A stretch of DNA of 64,000 nt, taken from a virus. The translations under genes and the position numbers were made by a program. The first letter of the stretch is position 1. Every line of letters begins with the position of its first letter. Positions 62,079 to 64,000 of the stretch are shown here, in pieces. The stretch lies in IMG/VR virus record IMGVR_UViG_2574180442_000002, positions 9,823 to 73,822 of that record; one strand, 5' to 3'. Under the pieces are notes generated by a model that saw only the letters and a program-made list of their open reading frames with translations, ran no database searches and was not told the origin of the DNA.

Positions 62079-62378
62079 ATGAATATCACGCATCTTGAGC
62101 ATGCCGTCGTCACGCTCATCGCCCAGGCGCTATTTGGCCTTGCGTTCGGGAACTGGTTTATCGGCGGTGTGATGGCTTGCTGCTGGTGGATGGGCCGCGA
62201 ACATGCGCAGGCTGAATATCGCTGGGTTGGCCGGTTCGGCCAAGGTCGCCGCGCGAACATGCCATGGTGGGGCGGATTCGACCCGAAGGCGTGGCATATG
62301 GACGGCCTGCTGGATTGGGTTATTCCGATTGTCGTGGCCATTGTGCTGTACGTGGTTTCGCTGGTGATCGGAGCATAG
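62079..62378 (+). CDS. Small multi-TM membrane protein inside the DGR cassette
   Basis: Start MNITHLEH at 62079 after AGGAG; hydrophobic segments at both ends. Confidence 0.75.
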   Translation: MNITHLEHAVVTLIAQALFGLAFGNWFIGGVMACCWWMGREHAQAEYRWVGRFGQGRRANMPWWGGFDPKAWHMDGLLDWVIPIVVAIVLYVVSLVIGA

Positions 62379-62382
62379 GCTT

Positions 62383-62769
62383 GTGTCGGAGCTGGTTGAG
62401 CAGGTTCAGAAAAACGATCTGTTAATTCGCCAAAAATGCGAAGCGATGATCGCTTATGGATATACGGTGCTGCGCCACTTCCCGAAGGTCGAGCGCCATG
62501 TGCTGGGCGCGGAGATTCGCACGACGATGTGGGCGCTATTGCGGCTGATCGTGGTGTGCAATAAGCGCTATCACAAGAAAACGACCCTTCAGGAACTGGA
62601 CGCAGAGCTTGACCTGCTTCGGTCACAAGTCAGAACCGCAAAGAACCTTGGCTATCTGGACTTCGGCAAGTACGAAAACTGGGCCAAGCTGAACGACGAA
62701 ATAGGCCGCATGGTAGGCGGCTGGGTCAAATCCATCGCCGGAGACGGCGGCGGTGGGGGTGTGCGTTGA
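62383..62769 (+). CDS. avd: DGR accessory variability determinant (four-helix bundle)
   Basis: FPKVERHVLGAEIR...LQELDAELDLLR...EIGRMVGGW motif; directly before TR. Confidence 0.92.
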   Translation: MSELVEQVQKNDLLIRQKCEAMIAYGYTVLRHFPKVERHVLGAEIRTTMWALLRLIVVCNKRYHKKTTLQELDAELDLLRSQVRTAKNLGYLDFGKYENWAKLNDEIGRMVGGWVKSIAGDGGGGGVR

Positions 62770-62774
62770 AAACG

Positions 62775-62889
62775 ACGTCTTCCGTATCGTGGCGGCAACT
62801 GGAACAACGGCGCGAATGCCGGGGTGTTCGCCGTGAACTTGAACAACTCGCGGGGCAACTCCAACACGAACATCGGCGGTCGGCCCGCT
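62775..62889 (+). ncRNA. DGR template repeat (TR)
   Basis: Invariant AAC-rich copy of VR: 24 adenines, 10 AAY codons in the VR frame; IMH* diverges after cggcccgct. Confidence 0.97.
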
Positions 62890-63067
62890 CTTGGGGAAAG
62901 TCAGAAGCGCCAGGCTCACGGGCCTGGTGACAGTACACCCCTCAAAAGGACGCATATCCCCCGGCAACAGGAATCCTGAAGCCGAAAGATTAAACAGGCG
63001 GCCCTAGACAGTAGCTTTGTAAGCGACCCCTAGCAGCCGCCGCCCTTCGGGGCTGGTTTGTGGTGTT

Positions 63068-64000
63068 ATGGCTAAGACGTACAGCAACATTTATCCAGAG
63101 ATTTACAGCTTCGAGGCTCTTCACGCGGCCTATATCCGCGCCAGGCGCGGCAAGCGTGACAGAAGGGAAGTTCAGCAATTCGAGCTTGACCTTGAGGGCA
63201 ACCTGATTCAGCTCCAGAACGAGCTGATCTGGGGCATGTATAAGACGGGACGGTATCGAACCTTCGAGGTGTATGAGCCGAAGCAAAGGACGGTGGCCGC
63301 GCTGCCGTTCCGCGACAGAGTGGTTCAGCATGCGATGGTGGCGGCCATTGAGCCGATCTGGGAGCGGCGGTTCATCCATGACAGCTTTGCGTGTCGGCCC
63401 GGCAAGGGGACGCATCGCGGCGCCGACCGCGCCCAGCAGATGCTGCGCAAGGTGAAGCGGGAGCACGGCCATGTCTACGTGCTGAAAGCTGACATCGCCA
63501 AATACTTTTACTCCATCGACCACGGCATCCTGAAACGCTTGCTGCGCCGTCGCATCCGGTGCAAGCGGACGCTGACGCTACTGGATAGCATCATCGACTC
63601 GACGGCGGTGCCGGGCGACCCGAATCCGGTTGGGCTGCCCATTGGGAATCTGACATCGCAGCTTTTTGCAAACCTGTATCTGCATGAGCTGGATGAGTTC
63701 GTGAAGCACGGACTGTGCGAAAAATACTACGTGCGCTACATGGACGATTTCATGATTGCCAGCCACGACAAGGAGCACTTGCACCGGCTCCGGGCGAAGA
63801 TCGAGGCATTTCTGTGGGATACCTTGCGCCTCAAGACGAATGCGAAAACCCAGGTGTTCCCGGTTGGCGAGCGCCGTGGCCGCGCACTGGATTTTCTTGG
63901 CTACCGGATATGGACGACACACCGGCGTATCAGAAAAAGCTCAATTTCTCGCATGTCGCGGACGCTCAAGTATCTACGCAAGCGATATGCAGCGGGCAAG
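63068..64000 (+). CDS. DGR reverse transcriptase (3' end outside window)
   Basis: Manual translation from ATG 63068: FRDRVVQHA, SFACRPGKGTH, KADIAKYFYSIDH, GLPIGNLTSQLFAN, YVRYMDD, DFLGY. Missing from the ORF track because no stop codon is in the window. Confidence 0.97.
   Translation, partial: MAKTYSNIYPEIYSFEALHAAYIRARRGKRDRREVQQFELDLEGNLIQLQNELIWGMYKTGRYRTFEVYEPKQRTVAALPFRDRVVQHAMVAAIEPIWERRFIHDSFACRPGKGTHRGADRAQQMLRKVKREHGHVYVLKADIAKYFYSIDHGILKRLLRRRIRCKRTLTLLDSIIDSTAVPGDPNPVGLPIGNLTSQLFANLYLHELDEFVKHGLCEKYYVRYMDDFMIASHDKEHLHRLRAKIEAFLWDTLRLKTNAKTQVFPVGERRGRALDFLGYRIWTTHRRIRKSSISRMSRTLKYLRKRYAAGK

Larger units (their letters stand above)
1..64000. mobile_element. Temperate prophage (interior): lambdoid immunity/replication region plus P1-like myovirus morphogenesis module plus DGR
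   Basis: Continuous phage gene content: repressor/cro switch, replication initiator and loader, terminase, protease, capsid, sheath, tube, endolysin, portal, tape measure, baseplate, RT. No host housekeeping genes. Ends lie outside the window. Confidence 0.95.
60914..64000 (+). mobile_element. Diversity-generating retroelement (target-VR, hairpin, ORF, avd, TR, RT)
   Basis: VR/TR pair with adenine-specific mismatches, four-helix-bundle Avd, RT with GLPIGNLTSQ and YMDD. Confidence 0.97.

Noticed and set aside
1-64000. CRISPR array, rRNA, tRNA, IS element, integrase or att site
   Set aside because: No regularly spaced repeat-spacer array, RNA gene signature, transposase or recombinase motif seen; prophage ends are outside the window.

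Overview
The whole 64-kb window (high GC, probably a betaproteobacterial host; inference) is the interior of one temperate prophage. No host genes, integrase, att site, rRNA, tRNA or CRISPR array are visible. Layout: (i) 1-3.9 kb, leftward early operon with a YqaJ-type exonuclease, a putative SSAP partner, small ORFs and an unexpected second C-type-lectin/Mtd-like protein carrying a DGR-style variable tail; (ii) 3.9-7.2 kb, lambdoid immunity region (PL/OL, accessory genes co-transcribed with cI, cI, OR, cro); (iii) 7.2-15 kb, rightward early/replication genes (CII-like, MmcB-like nuclease, two DNA methyltransferases, O-like initiator with 11-bp iterons, DnaC-like loader, Ref-like HNH, resolvase-like protein, XRE regulator); (iv) 15-60 kb, a P1-like myovirus morphogenesis set (PacA/PacB, Pro, gp25/gp26, major capsid, sheath, BplB tube, lysis genes, hub/spike/PAAR, Hdf-DarA-DarB-Ulx antirestriction cargo, portal, Sit tape measure, baseplate), interrupted by GIY-YIG and HNH endonuclease genes and a P1 immI-like C4 antisense RNA/antirepressor module; (v) 60.9-64 kb, a diversity-generating retroelement (target with VR, GGTA-loop hairpin, avd, TR, RT running off the window). 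Most striking observations: a gene in the cI operon is a paralogue of the phage's own putative neck/tail-completion gene (47 bp identical) fused to an extra helical domain, a candidate decoy that blocks virion assembly; a DGR-type target that the local TR cannot explain; ten late promoters with an invariant CGGAAAA-N29-(-10) architecture and a candidate XRE activator at the P1 lpa position; and a portal protein fused to a PBECR-like domain behind a putative protease site. P1 homology calls rest on recalled motifs and synteny, not on database searches.
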